DNA of 64,000 nucleotides. It comes from Eledone cirrhosa. Taxonomy: Eukaryota. The position numbers were made by a program, and so were the translations under genes. Every line of letters begins with the position of its first letter. The stretch's first letter is position 1. Positions 40,727 to 56,435 of this stretch are shown one piece after another. The notes under the pieces are model-generated. The model did not search any database. It was not told where the DNA came from and saw nothing but the letters and a program-made list of their open reading frames with translations. Where the stretch lies: positions 54,932,001 through 54,996,000 of the forward strand of contig OZ024750.1 of NCBI GenBank assembly GCA_964016885.1, in the 5' to 3' direction.

Positions 40727-42559
40727 TATATATATACACATATATATATACACACATATATATCAGTGTACATATATATATACATATATATATATAAATG
40801 AATATTTATTCAATTTAAAGCGCCAATTATCTATATATAACAAGATATGAATTTTTCTAGGGATGGGGAAATTTTCAGTTTGTTTTTATATTTTCACTTC
40901 ATTTTTTACTTTCTATTTAATACAGTCTTTGATCCAATATAATCCTGACAGTATTTGAACCAGTTTACCTCATATATATGTATGCACACACAACACTCAA
41001 GTTTCGCCATCTACTGCTATTTCATTCATATTTATTGTTTAATTAACTCTGGTCTAATTCATCAACTATTGTTAATTATATTATTACGTAGATTTCTTAT
41101 AAAATCTAGTGCATATATACGTGTATATATACAGGGAGACACTGTAATAGATGTAAAGAGAGTGGGAGATAGAGTTATAGAAGTAAAGAGAGGGGGAGAA
41201 ATAAGCGGTAGATAGAGTAATAGATGTAAAGAGAGGGTTAGAACGTTCAACTTGACAGTCAGTACAATGTTCAGCATGGTAGCCAGTACATATGCCAACT
41301 ACCCAACCGGCCAGCCAGCCGCATATGCGGTTGACTGGCCAGTTGGGCGGTTGGTATGTGGAACGTTCAACTACGCAGTCAGTACCAAAGTTCAACATTG
41401 TAGCCAGTGCATATGCCGATCGCCGCGCCCTCTTTGCTCTATTTTAATGACCTGGAACTAAGTAAAAAGAGTAGGAGATAACTCGACAAGAGCGGAGAGG
41501 GTGAGATTCGAACCATGTAAAGTCGTTGGCTCCTGAAGTTCGTAAGCGGGGCTGCTACTGACTGAGCAGCGCCGGCAGCAAGGCAAATCGCGCATAAAAT
41601 AACGCTTATATCGACAAAAAAATAAAAAAATTTCAATGTTGCACTCTTGTTTGTTGTTATTTTATTTTACGTAAACATTTCGCTGCTCTAGCCTCTTATT
41701 TCCTATTAGATTATACTTAATTCCATTAAACATTCATTCTTAGTCTCTATTTCATCTATATTTATATCGCTGTTACAGCCTTTTATTTCTACATCTATCA
41801 CCTATACCCACTGTTACGCCGGTAGTATAAGTAGCTTTATAACAAGAAACGATGATATAACTCCACAAAATGTCTTCTTGAGCAAGACACTTCACTTCAT
41901 ATTGCTCCAGTACACCGAGTTACACATAGACAGATACATACATACATACACAGATAGAAATGAGAGGTAGATAGAGTAAAAGATTTAAAGAGAGTGTGAG
42001 AAGTACGAGTTAGATAGTGTAAAAGATTTAAAGAGAGGGTGAGAGTGTGACACACATTTATCTGTCTATCTCTCTCTATTTTAACACCGGTCGTTATAAT
42101 TAGTTTTATAACACCGCTATATTACCGACATGAAAGAGGTAAATAATTATTTCTTAAATGTTTAGAACATGTTTCTCTTGTCTTCTTAAATGTATAGAAC
42201 ATGTTTCTTATTTATATTCTTAACATAGCTAGGACCTTATCTCATTTACTGGTCTCTACTTTTAGGACTTTGCTGGTCCCATGTGCCCTCCATAAAGGCA
42301 CTCTAGTCCCTTCTCTGAGGCCCCGTACTAATTACTACACATACGTATATATATTTATTTTAAGAAACCTTAATGACAAATAATATAAAGTGTTTGTAAA
42401 GTGGGGAAGAGTAGTTTTACGGTGGGGTTGTTATATAGATATCGTTTTTGCAGTGGGGTCGTGACTGGCGTATAATAATGAGTCACTGTTGATGTATATA
42501 CAAATCATGTTTTGGATATAAGTGAAGTTATTTAAGAGATTTAGTTGTTTTGTATACAT

Positions 42560-44550
42560 TCATAACGGTACGCGATGGGACCCGCCCACAGCCCCGGCGG
42601 ACAGAATGGAGAAGGCGTTTCCCCGGAGCACGGCAAGGGAGACGCGCTGGAAAAGCCACTCCAACTCGCGGGGCTCACACCTGCGGCTGGCCAGCTCAGC
42701 GCCTATGGTGGTGAGTAAGGAGGTAGCCCTGGGGCCGAGGACACCAGAAGTCTCCACTTCCAGGGGTACGACCGCAAACCTGTCGGAGAGTGAACGATAT
42801 GTGAGGAGTTTGGCCCCCTCAGCCTGACGTGCAGCAGAACCTGGGCCAGTCGCAGACTGCACCAGGTTGCGGCTGCAGAAAGTGTCGGTGCAAGTGGCAT
42901 CCCAGACGAGGGGTTTGCCACCGCGGAACGGGAAGATGGTCATGCCATCTAGCCTTTTGCCGTCCCCTCGAGCTGGGAAGGGAAGCCTGCAGCGTCCAAG
43001 CCATGCTTAATGACTTCGTTGAGGGCAGCATGGCGTGGATTGCGGCTGGCACTGTGGCGACAGGAAAGCGGGTGGAGGCCGAAAGAGTCCATGGTGGAAC
43101 GGCAGCGACATTGGTGTGAGGCCGAGCCTCAGGGAAACGCCGATGCGCAAGCTATTGTTGTCTAGCTGCGTGCGAGTGGAGAAGGAGGGCAGGGCATGGA
43201 GCCAGGCCCCACTGTGGGGTTTGGAGGCTGCACGAAAACAAACAAGGCGGTGCTGGTCGAGCTGGCGCGTGAGCCTGTCTGAGGCCAGGCTGCACTGGAT
43301 GGCATCCCAAGTGTGTTGGGGGGGACTTGACGTCAACAGGGGGAGAAGGAGGAGGAACGTCTACTGGGCTAAGTCCCAGCCAGTCCCACGTCTCACAGGC
43401 GGCCACGCGTTCTCTGAACACAGAGGGTTCTGTTGTGTTTTGAAGAACCCTGCTGAGGAGGACGTGGTACGAGGTTACCGACGAAAGATATGCCGGCAAA
43501 GCTAGTGAGATCGGGGACTGGAGGCGAAGGCCGCCATACCTGACAGGTAAAGTTGCATATCTCATCGGCTGCTGCTCGGATACAAGTTTAGGTGTAGCAC
43601 AGAGTGTATAGAGGAGCTTCGGCATGGCGTAGCAGTTCCTCAGCAGAAAGAGAACTGGGTGGCCATCAATCAAGCCCAGTCGGCTCGTGAGAGTCTGGAC
43701 TTGATGGAGGAGCGGATGGCCGGCGGGTGGATCGGTGAGGGCATCCTCTTTGGGGGGTCACCTGAACCTGGCGGAGAATGGACCGCACGTCCAAGACGGA
43801 GACTGCAAAGCTTGCAGCATCGAGGCTGACATTCACCACCTCCGACTTGGCTGAGTTGACCTGGAGGTCGATTCCCGCCAGGGCAGGAACCACCGATTGA
43901 AGGTCATGGCAGACCGCCTGTACGGGCCCACCCAAAGTAGCATCATCCAGATACCAAACGTTGAGAGGGGCCGTTATACTCCAGGCGATGTGGTCAATAC
44001 CAAGGGTGAACAGGAGGGGTCCCAAAGGGTTGCCCTGTTGGATCCCAGTAGCCAAGGGTATGACCGTATCAGCAGCATGGCGCATGCTTGGGGCTCCATA
44101 TGACAGGTAGGCAGAGGGGGCTCGGCTGAGGCAGGCCTCGAGCAGATGATCCCAGCGTAAAGAGTTGAAGGCATTCCTCATGTCAAACTTGACAATGAGG
44201 TGGCTGGAGGCCCTGGATGCCGGTTCCGAGTGTTACGGACTTTCAGCCAGCCTCCGGAAGACATTGCCCACAGCAATGAGGCGTATGCCATCCTCTTTCT
44301 TCCTGAGAGCGGTGAGGCTGGCCGAAAAAAAGAGGCCTCGAGCATAAGAGTCCGGGGCGCCATGGATGAGCCTATTGGTGAGCGCCACAATTGCACTCAG
44401 AAGGCGGCGCCCGGCCTCAGCGGAGAGGGGAGATATCAACTCCTTGAGGAGGCCTGGTCAGAGACCATCAACATCTCCGCAGCTGCTAGCTGGGAAGGAC
44501 CTGATGGCGGACATGATGTCTGCATCAGAAGCCACAAGGAGCAAGTGTGG
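42560..44550 (-). mobile_element. degenerate CRE-like retrotransposon, unit 2
   Basis: Near-identical to unit 1. Confidence 0.8.
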
Positions 44551-45193
44551 ATTACAATACAAAACCTCTGAGAATGATTTCTAAGATATTTCACCATAAT
44601 TAATTTTCATCAATATATATTAATATTATTATTGTTTATTAGGTCAGGTGGATTGGCCAGAACAATTCTACTCTTCTTTTTTAGATGTCACGATTTTTCA
44701 TGGCATTCCTGAGATCATTAATCTCCAGCTGGAGATCCAGAGACATCTGATGTATGTAGGTGAACCTCAGTCATCCCACTTGGGTCTTACTATGTTTAGG
44801 TATCCACCACAGGAGCCAGCTCATCAGGTCATCCTACCCTCAGCAGCAATGTCCAGCATCTATTGATTTCCGCTCCCTAGTTATTGTGGTAATCTTCGAT
44901 ATCTGGGAATATATTTCTTCTGCTTAAGGGAGTAATAAATATATAGTTTTAAAAAAAACATATATATACACACACATATATATATATGTTGTCATTTATA
45001 AGAGTTCTCTATCAAAAGCCTTCTCTATGTCCAAAGCTAAGTATAGTGGCTTATTTTTCTCTAAGAACCTCTTTTGTAGTTGTCTCACTAAGAAGAGGGC
45101 ATCTGTTGCACTTTTCAGCGGCACAAAACCAAACTGCATCTCATACACATACATACATATACATACATACATACATATACACATACATACATA

Positions 45194-45226
<33 letters not shown>

Positions 45227-48200
45227 TTCGTTTTAAGTCCGCTTTTTCCCTGCTTGCAAGGGTGGGACGGGAACTGATTCTGGCTTGATTTCTACAGCTG
45301 GATGCCCTTCCTAACACCAACCTCATTTACAGTGAGTGCTGAGTGCTTTTTTGCCGTGGCACCTCCACGACCACTTTGCAGTGGAATGATATGGACCCCA
45401 GTCCCTATCATCTCATTTCTACAGCTGAGTAAACTGGAGCAATGTGAAATAAAGTGTCTTGCTCAAGGAAACAACACATCACCCGGTCTGACAATTGAAC
45501 TCACAACCTTTCGATTGCCAGGCCAATGCTCGAACCACTAAGCCATGTGCCTCCATATACATATACATATACATATACATACACATACATACATATACAT
45601 ACATATATATATACATACATACATATATACACATACATACATACACATACATACACATATACATACATATATATACATACATACACATACATAGATATAT
45701 ATATATACATAATATAAATATACATACATACACATACATAAGCATATACACATAAGTATATATGCATATACACACGTATATATACATATACATACATACA
45801 TATATACACATACATACATATATACATACATACACACATGTACATACATATATACATATACACATACATACATATACATACATATACACATACATACATA
45901 TATATATATACATACACACACATATATACATACACACACATATATACAAACACATACATATACACATATATACACATGCATACACACATATACATACATA
46001 TACACATATACACTCATATATACATATACATACATACACACAAATACATACATATATACATATACATACATAAAGACAAATCCACCTCATGGACGAGAAT
46101 GCAAGGGCTCCTCCTCTTTGTTTCGGCCGCGGATGGCTAACCCTAACCCCATCCCCGCTCCCCACCGCTCCCAACCTCCAAACGCAATCCAAAACTTCAG
46201 AGTTGGTACCATTAATGTAGGCACCTTATAGGGTGGCTCTAACGAGGTTGTAGAAATGCTTGAACGTAAGGAGGTCGATGTTTGTTGTATTCAAGAGACC
46301 AGGTGGAGGGGTGGGTCTGCTAGATTCATCGTGGGTAAAGAACGATGCTATAAGCTTTTCTGTGTGGCAAATGACAATGGGCTGGGTATACACATACCAC
46401 CCCACCACCCCACCGCAAAGTGGTCGTGGAGGCGCCGCGGCAAAAAAGCACCCAGCCCACACTGTAAAGCTGACGTGGAGGTGCCACGGAAAAAAAAAAA
46501 AGCACCCAGCACTCACTGCAAACGGGGTTGGCGTCAGGAAGGGCACCCAGCTGTAGAAACCAATCCAGAATCAGCTCCCACCCCACCCTTGCAAGCATGG
46601 AAAAGCGGACGTATGATGAAGTTGATATATATATATATATATATATATTAGTATATATATACACATATATATATACACACATATATATCAGTGTACATAT
46701 ATATATACATATATATATATATAAATGAATATTTATTCAATTTAAAGCGCCAATTATCTATATATAACAAGATATGAATTTTTCTAGGGATGGGGGAAAT
46801 TTTCAGTTTGTTTTTATATTTTCACTTCATTTTTTACTTTCTATTTAATACAGTCTTTGATCCAATATAATCCTGACAGTATTTGAACCAGTTTACCTCA
46901 TATATATGTATGCACACACAACACTCAAGTTTCGCCATCTACTGCTATTTCATTCATATTTATTGTTTAATTAACTCTGGTCTAATTCATCAACTATTGT
47001 TAATTATATTATTACGTAGATTTCTTATAAAATCTAGTGCATATATACGTGTATATATACAGGGAGACACTGTAATAGATGTAAAGAGAGTGGGAGATAG
47101 AGTTATAGAAGTAAATAGAGGGGGAGAAATAAGCGGTAGATAGAGTAATAGATGTAAAGAGAGGGTTAGAACGTTCAACTTGACAGTCAGTACAATGTTC
47201 AGCATGGTAGCCAGTACATATGCCAACTACCCAACCGGCCAGCCAGCCAGCCGCATATGCGGTTGACTGGCCAGTTGGGCGGTTGGTATGTGGAACGTTC
47301 AACTACGCAGTCAGTACCAAAGTTCAACATTGTAGCCAGTGCATATGCCGATCGCCGCGCCCTCTTTGCTCTATTTTAATGACCTGGAACTAAGTAAAAA
47401 GAGTAGGAGATAACTCGACAAGAGCGGAGAGGGTGAGATTCGAACCATGTAAAGTCGTTGGCTCCTGAAGTTCGTAAGCGGGGCTGCTACTGACTGAGCA
47501 GCGCCGGCAGCAAGGCAAATCGCGCATAAAATAACGCTTATATCGACAAAAAAATAAAAAAATTTCAATGTTGCACTCTTGTTTGTTGTTCTTTTATTTT
47601 ACGTAAACATTTCGCTGCTCTAGCCTCTTATTTCCTATTAGATTACACTTAATTCCATTAAACATTCATTCTTAGTCTCGTGGTAAACTATTTCATCTAT
47701 ATTTATATCGCTGTTACAGCCTTTTATTTCTACATCTATCACCTATAGCCACTGTTACGCCGGTAGTATAAGTAGCTTTATAACAAGAAACGATGATATA
47801 ACTCCACAAAATGTCTTCTTGAGCAAGACACTTCACTTCATATTGCTCCAGTACACCGAGTTACACATAGACAGATACATACATACATACACAGATAGAA
47901 ATGAGAGGTAGATAGAGTAAAAGATTTAAAGAGAGTGTGAGAAGTACGAGTTAGATAGTGTAAAAGATTTAAAGAGAGTGTGACACACATTTATCTGTCT
48001 ATCTCTCTCTATTTTAACACCGGTCGTTATAATTAGTTTTATAACACCGCTATATTACCGACATGAAAGAGGTAAATAATTATTTCTTAAATGTTTAGAA
48101 CATGTTTCTCTTGTCTTCTTAAATGTATAGAACATGTTTCTTATTTATATTCTTAACATAGCTAGGACCTTATCTCATTTACTGGTCTCTACTTTTAGGA

Positions 48201-48492
48201 CTTTGCTGGTCCCATGTGCCCTCCATAAAGGCACTCTAGTCCCTTCTCTGAGGCCCCGTACTAATTACTACACATACGTATATATATTTATTTTAAGAAA
48301 CCTTAATGACAAATAATATAAAGTGTTTGTAAAGTGGGGAAGAGTAGTTTTACGGTGGGGTTGTTATATAGATATCGTTTTTGCAGTGGGGTCGTGACTG
48401 GCGTATAATAATGAGTCACTGTTGATGTATATACAAATCATGTTTTGGATATAAGTGAAGTTATTTAAGAGATTTAGTTGTTTTGTATACAT

Positions 48493-50500
48493 TCATAACG
48501 GTACGCGATGGGACCCGCCCACAACCCCGGCGGACAGAATGGAGAAGGCGTTTCCCCGGAGCACGGCAAGGGAGACGCGCTGGAAAAGCCACTCCAACTC
48601 GCGGGGCTCACACCTGCGGCTGGCCAGCTCAGCGCCTATGGTGGTGAGTAAGGAGGTAGCCCTGGGGCCGAGGACACCAGAAGTCTCCACTTCCAGGGGT
48701 ACGACCGCAAACCTGTCGGAGAGTGAACGATATGTGAGGAGTTTGGCCCCCTCAGCCTGACGTGCAGCAGAACCTGGGCCAGTCGCAGACTGCACCAGGT
48801 TGCGGCTGCAGAAAGTGTCAGTGCAAGTGGCATCCCAGACGAGGGGTTTGCCACCGCGGAACGGGAAGATGGTCATGCCATCTAGCCTTTTGCCGTCCCC
48901 TCGAGCTGGGAAGGGAAGCCTGCAGCGTCCAAGCCATGCTTAATGACTTCGTTGAGGGCAGCATGGCGTGGATTGCGGCTGGCACTGTGGCGACAGGAAA
49001 GCGGGTGGAGGCCGAAAGAGTCCATGGTGGAACGGCAGCGACATTGGTGTGAGGCCGAGCCTCAGGGAAACGCCGATGCGCAAGCTATTGTTGTCTAGCT
49101 GCGTGCGAGTGGAGAAGGAGGGCAGGGCATGGAGCCAGGCCCCACTGTGGGGTTTGGAGGCTGCACGAAAACAAACAAGGCGGTGCTGGTCGAGCTGGCG
49201 CATGAGCCTGTCTGAGGCCAGGCTGCACTGGATGGCATCCCAAGTGTGTTGGGGGGGACTTGACGTCAACAGGGGGAGAAGGAGGAGGAACGTCTACTGG
49301 GCTAAGTCCCAGCCGGTCCCACGTCTCACAGGCGGCCACGCGTTCTCTGAACACAGAGGGTTCTGTTGTGTTTTGAAGAACCCTGCTGAGGAGGACGTGG
49401 TACGAGGTTACCGACGAAAGATATGCCGGCAAAGCTAGTGAGATCGGGGACTGGAGGCGAAGGCCGCCATACCTGACAGGTAAAGTTGCATATCTCATCG
49501 GCTGCTGCTCGGATACAAGTTTAGGTGTAGCACAGAGTGTATAGAGGAGCTTCGGCATGGCGTAGCAGTTCCTCAGCAGAAAGAGAACTGGGTGGCCATC
49601 AATCAAGCCCAGTCGGCTCGTGAGAGTCTGGACTTGATGGAGGAGCGGATGGCCGGCGGGTGGATCGGTGAGGGCATCCTCTTTGGCGGGGTCACCTGAA
49701 CCTGGCGGAGAATGGACCGCACGTCCAAGACGGAGACTGCAAAGCTTGCAGCATCGAGGCTGACATTCACCACCTCCGACTTGGCTGAGTTGACCTGGAG
49801 GTCGATTCCCGCCAGGGCAGGAACCACCGATTGAAGGTCATGGCAGACCGCCTGTACGGGCCCACCCAAAGTAGCATCATCCAGATACCAAACGTTGAGA
49901 GGGGCCGTTATACTCCAGGCGATGTGGTCAATACCAAGGGTGAACAGGAGGGGTCCCAAAGGGTTGCCCTGTTGGATCCCAGTAGCCAAGGGTATGACCG
50001 TATCAGCAGCATGGCGCATGCTTGGGGCTCCATATGACAGGTAGGCAGAGGGGGCTCGGCTGAGGCAGGCCTCGAGCAGATGATCCCAGCGTAAAGAGTT
50101 GAAGGCATTCCTCATGTCAAACTTGACAATGAGGTGGCTGGAGGCCCTGGATGCCAGTTCCGAGTGTTACGGACTTGCAGATTACCTTGGCAGCCAGCCT
50201 CCGGAAGACATTGCCCACAGCAATGGGGCGTATGCCATCCTCTTTCTTCCTGAGAGCGGTGAGGCTGGCCGAAAAAAAGAGGCCTCGAGCATAAGAGTCC
50301 AGGGCGCCATGGATGAGCCTATTGGTGAGCGCCACAATTGCACTCAGAAGGCGGCGCCCGGCCTCAGCGGAGAGGGGAGATATCAACTCCTTGAGGAGGC
50401 CTGGTCAGAGACCATCAACATCTCCGCAGCTGCTAGCTGGGAAGGACCTGATGGCGGACATGATGTCTGCATCAGAAGCCACAAGGAGCAAGTGTGGATT
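48493..50500 (-). mobile_element. degenerate CRE-like retrotransposon, unit 3
   Basis: Near-identical to unit 2. Confidence 0.8.
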
Positions 50501-51138
50501 ACAATACAAAACCTCTGAGAATGATTTCTAAGATATTTCACCATAATTAATTTTCATCAATATATATTAATATTATTATTGTTTATTAGGTCAGGTGGAT
50601 TGGCCAGAACAATTCTACTCTTCTTTTTTAGATGTCACGATTTTTCATGGCATTCCTGAGATCATTAATCTCCAGCTGGAGATCCAGAGACATCTGATGT
50701 ATGTAGGTGAACCTCAGTCATCCCACTTGGCTCTTACTATGTTTAGGTATCAACCACAGGAGCCAGCTCATCAGGTCATCCTATCCTCAGCAGCAATGTC
50801 CAGCATCTATTGATTTCCGCTCCCTAGTTATTGTGGTAATCTTCGATATCTGGGAATATATTTCTTCTGCTTAAGGGAGTAATAAATATATAGTTTTAAA
50901 AAAAACATATATATACACACACATATATATATGTTGTCATTTATAAGAGTTCTCTATCAAAAGCCTTCTCTATGTCCAAAGCTAAGTATAGTGGCTTATT
51001 TTTCTCTAAGAACCTCTTTTGTAGTTGTCTCACTAAGAAGAGGGCATCTGTTGCACTTTTCAGCGGCACAAAACCAAACTGCATCTCATACACATACATA
51101 CATATACATACATACATACATATACACATACATACATA

Positions 51139-51171
<33 letters not shown>

Positions 51172-52553
51172 TTCGTTTTAAGTCCGCTTTTTCCCTGCTT
51201 GCAAGGGTGGGACGGGAACTGATTCTGGCTTGATTTCTACAGCTGGATGCCCTTCCTAACACCAACCTCATTTACAGTGAGTGCTGAGTGCTTTTTTGCC
51301 GTGGCACCTCCACGACCACTTTGCAGTGGAATGATATGGACCCCAGTCCCTATCATCTCATTTCTACAGCTGAGTAAACTGGAGCAATGTGAAATAAAGT
51401 GTCTTGCTCAAGGAAACAACACATCACCCGGTCTGAGAATTGAACTCACAACCTTTCGATTGCCAGGCCAATGCTCGAACCACTAAGCCATGTACCTACA
51501 TATACATATACATACACATACATATACATACATATATATATACATACATACATATATACACATACATACATACACATACATACACATATACATACATATA
51601 TATACATACATACACATACATAGATATATATATATATACATAATATAAATATACATACATACACATACATAAGCATATACACATAAGTATATATACATAT
51701 ACACACGTATATATACATATACATACATACATATATACACATACATACATATATACATACATACACACATATACATACATATATACATATACACATACAT
51801 ACATATACATACATATACACATACATACATATATATATATACATACACACACATATATACATACACACACATATATACAAACACATACATATACACATAT
51901 ATACACATACATACACATACATATACATACATATACACATATACACTCATATATACATATACATACATACACACACATACATACATATATACATATACAT
52001 ACATAAAGACAAATCCACCTCATGGACGAGAATGCAAGGGCTCCTCCTCTTTGTTTCGGCCGCGGATGGCTAACCCTAACCCCATCCCCGCTCCCCACCG
52101 CTCCCAACCTCCAAACGCAATCCAAAACTTCAGAGTTGGTACCATTAATGTAGGCACCTTATAGGGTGGCTCTAACGAGGTTGTAGAAATGCTTGAACGT
52201 AAGGAGGTCGATGTTTGTTGTATTCAAGAGACCAGGTGGAGGGGTGGGTCTGCTAGATTCATCGTGGGTAAAGAACGATGCTATACGCTTTTCTGTGTGG
52301 CAAATGACAATGGGCTGGGTATACACATACCACCCCACCGCCCCACCGCAAAGTGGTCGTGGAGGCGCCGCGGCCAAAAAGCACCCAGCCCACACTGTAA
52401 AGCTGACGTGGAGGTGCCACGGAAAAAAAAAAGCACCCAGCACTCACTGCAAACGGGGTTGGCGTCAGGAAGGGCACCCAGCTGTAGAAACCAATCCAGA
52501 ATCAGCTCCCACCCCACCCTTGCAAGCATGGAAAAGCGGACGTATGATGAAGT

Positions 52554-52608
<55 letters not shown>

Positions 52609-54457
52609 TATATATATACACATATATATATACACACATATATATCAGTGTACATATATATATACATATATATATATATATAAATGAATATTTATTCAAT
52701 TTAAAGCGCCAATTATCTATATATAACAAGATATGAATTTTTCTAGGGATGGGGAAATTTTCAGTTTGTTTTTATATTTTCACTTCATTTTTTACTTTCT
52801 ATTTAATACAGTCTTTGATCCAATATAATCCTGACAGTATTTGAACCAGTTTACCTCATATATATGTATGCACACACAACACTCAAGTTTCGCCATCTAC
52901 TGCTATTTCATTCATATTTATTGTTTAATTAACTCTGGTCTAATTCATCAACTATTGTTAATTATATTATTACGTAGATTTCTTATAAAATCTAGTGCAT
53001 ATATACGTGTATATATACAGGGAGACACTGTAATAGATGTAAAGAGAGTGGGAGATAGAGTTATAGAAGTAAAGAGAGGGGGAGAACTAAGCGGTAGATA
53101 GAGTAATAGATGTAAAGAGAGGGTTAGAACGTTCAACTTGACAGTCAGTACAATGTTCAGCATGGTAGCCAGTACATATGCCAACTACCCAACCGGCCAG
53201 CCAGCCGCATATGCGGTTGACTGGCCAGTTGGGCGGTTGGTATGTGGAACGTTCAACTACGCAGTCAGTACCAAAGTTCAACATTGTAGCCAGTGCATAT
53301 GCCGATCGCCGCGCCCTCTTTGCTCTATTTTAATGACCTGGAACTAAGTAAAAAGAGTAGGAGATAACTCGACAAGAGCGGAGAGGGTGAGATTCGAACC
53401 ATGTAAAGTCGTTGGCTCCTGAACTTCGTAAGCGGGGCTGCTACTGACTGAGCAGCGCCGGCAGCAAGGCAAATCGCGCATAAAATAACGCTTATATCGA
53501 CAAAAAAAAAAAAAAAATTTCAATGTTGCACTCTTGTTTGTTGTTCTTTTATTTTACGTAAACATTTCGCTGCTCTAGCCTCTTATTTCCTATTAGATTA
53601 CACTTAATTCCATTAAACATTCATTCTTAGTCTCGTGGTAAACTATTTCATCTATATTTATATCGCTGTTACAGCCTTTTATTTCTACATCTATCACCTA
53701 TAGCCACTGTTACGCCGGTAGTATAAGTAGCTTTATAACAAGAAACGATGATATAACTCCACAAAATGTCTTCTTCAGCAAGACACTTCACTTCATATTG
53801 CTCCAGTACACCGAGTTACACATAGACAGATACATACATACATACACAGATAGAAATGAGAGGTAGATAGAGTAAAAGATTTAAAGAGAGTGTGAGAAGT
53901 ACGAGTTAGATAGTGTAAAAGATTTAAAGAGAGGGTGAGAGTGTGACACACATTTATCTGTCTATCTCTCTCTATTTTAACACCGGTCGTTATAATTAGT
54001 TTTATAACACCGCTATATTACCGACATGAAAGAGGTAAATAATTATTTCTTAAATGTTTAGAACATGTTTCTCTTGTCTTCTTAAATGTATAGAACATGT
54101 TTCTTATTTATATTCTTAACATAGCTAGGACCTTATCTCATTTACTGGTCTCTACTTTTAGGGCTTTGCTGGTCCCATGTGCCCTCCATGAAGACACACT
54201 CGCCCCTTCTCTCTCAGTCTCCGTACTAATTACTACACATACGTATATATATTTATTTTAAGAAACCTTAATGACAAATAATATAAAGTGTTTGTAAAGT
54301 GGGGAAGAGTAGTTTTACGGTGGGGTTGTTATATAGATATCGTTTTTGCAGTGGGGTCGTGACTGGCGTATAATAATGAGTCACTGTTGATGTATATACA
54401 AATCATGTTTTGGATATAAGTGAAGTTATTTAAGAGATTTAGTTGTTTTGTATACAT

Positions 54458-56435
54458 TCATAACGGTACGCGATGGGACCCACCCACAGCCCCGGCGGAC
54501 AGAATGGAGAAGGCGTTTCCCCGGAGCACGGCAAGGGAGACGCGCTGGAAAAGCCACTCCAACTCGCGGGGCTCACACCTGCGGCTGGCCAGCTCAGCGC
54601 CTATGGTGGTGAGTAAGGAGGTAGCCCTGGGGCCGAGGACACCAGAAGTCTCCACTTCCAGGGGTACGACCGCAAACCTGTCGGAGAGTGAACGATATGT
54701 GAGGAGTTTGGCCCCCTCAGCCTGACGTGCAGCAGAACCTGGGCCAGTCGCAGACTGCACCAGGTTGCGGCTGCAGAAAGTGTCGGTGCAAGTGGCATCC
54801 CAGACGAGGGGTTTGCCACCGCGGAACGGGAAGATGGTCATGCCATCTAGCCTTTTGCCGTCCCCTCGAGCTGGGAAGGGAAGCCTGCAGCGTCCAAGCC
54901 ATGCTTAATGACTTCGTTGAGGGCAGCATGGCGTGGATTGCGGGTGGAGGCCGAAAGAGTCCATGGTGGAACGGCAGCGACATTGGTGTGAGGCCGAGCC
55001 TCAGGGAAACGCCGATGCGCAAGCTATTGTTGTCTAGCTGCGTGCGAGTGGAGAAGGAGGGCAGGGCATGGAGCCAGGCCCCACTGTGGGGTTTGGAGGC
55101 TGCACGAAAACAAACAAGGCGGTGCTGGTCGATTTGGCGCGTGAGCCTGTCTGAGGCCAGGCTGCACTGGATGGCATCCCAAGTGTGTTGGGGGGGACTT
55201 GACGTCAACAGGGGGAGAAGGAGGAGGAACGTCTACTGGGCTAAGTCCCAGCCGGTCCCACGTCTCACAGGCGGCCACGCGTTCTCTGAACACAGAGGGT
55301 TCTGTTGTGTTTTGAAGAACCCTGCTGAGGAGGACGTGGTACGAGGTTACCGACGAAAGATATGCCGGCAAAGCTAGTGAGATCGGGGACTGGAGGCGAA
55401 GGCCGCCATACCTGACAGGTAAAGTTGCATATCTCATCGGCTGCTGCTCGGATACAAGTTTAGGTGTAGCACAGAGTGTATAGAGGAGCTTCGGCATGGC
55501 GTAGCAGTTCCTCAGCAGAAAGAGAACTGGGTGGCCATCAATCAAGCCCAGTCGGCTCGTGAGAGTCTGGACTTGATGGAGGAGCGGATGGCCGGCGGGT
55601 GGATCGGTGAGGGCATCCTCTTTGGGGGTCACCTGAACCTGGCGGAGAATGGACCGCACGTCCAAGACGGAGACTGCAAAGCTTGCAGCATCGAGGCTGA
55701 CATTCACCACCTCCGACTTGGCTGAGTTGACCTGGAGGTCGATTCCCGCCAGGGCAGGAACCACCGATTGAAGGTCATGGCAGACTGCCTGTACGGGCCC
55801 ACCCAAAGTAGCATCATCCAGATACCAAACGTTGAGAGGGGCTGTTATACTCCAGGCGATGTGGTCAATACCAAGGGTGAACAGGAGGGGTCCCAAAGGG
55901 TTGCCCTGTTGGATCCCAGTAGCCAAGGGTATGACCGTATCAGCAGCATGGCGCATGCTTGGGGCTCCATATGACAGGTAGGCAGAGGGGGCTCGGCTGA
56001 GGCAGGCCTCGAGCAGATGATCCCAGCGTAAAGAGTTGAAGGCATTCCTCATGTCAAACTTGACAATGAGGTGGCTGGAGGCCCTGGATGCCGGTTCCGA
56101 GTGTTACGGACTTGCAGATTACCTTGGCAGCCAGCCTCCGGAAGACATTGCCCACAGCAATGGGGCGTATGCCATCCTCTTTCTTCCTGCGAGCGGTGAG
56201 GCTGGCCGAAAAAAAGAGGCCTCGAGCATAAGAGTCCAGGGCGCCATGGATGAGCCTATTGGTGAGCGCCACAATTGCACTCAGAAGGCGGCGCCCGGCC
56301 TCAGCGGAGAGGGGAGATATCAACTCCTTGAGGAGGCCTGGTCAGAGACCATCAACATCTCCGCAGCTGCTAGCTGGGAAGGACCTGATGGCGGACATGA
56401 TGTCTGCATCAGAAGCCACAAGGAGCAAGTGTGGA
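54458..56435 (-). mobile_element. degenerate CRE-like retrotransposon, unit 4
   Basis: Near-identical to the other units; longest open stretch is 55024-56052. Confidence 0.8.
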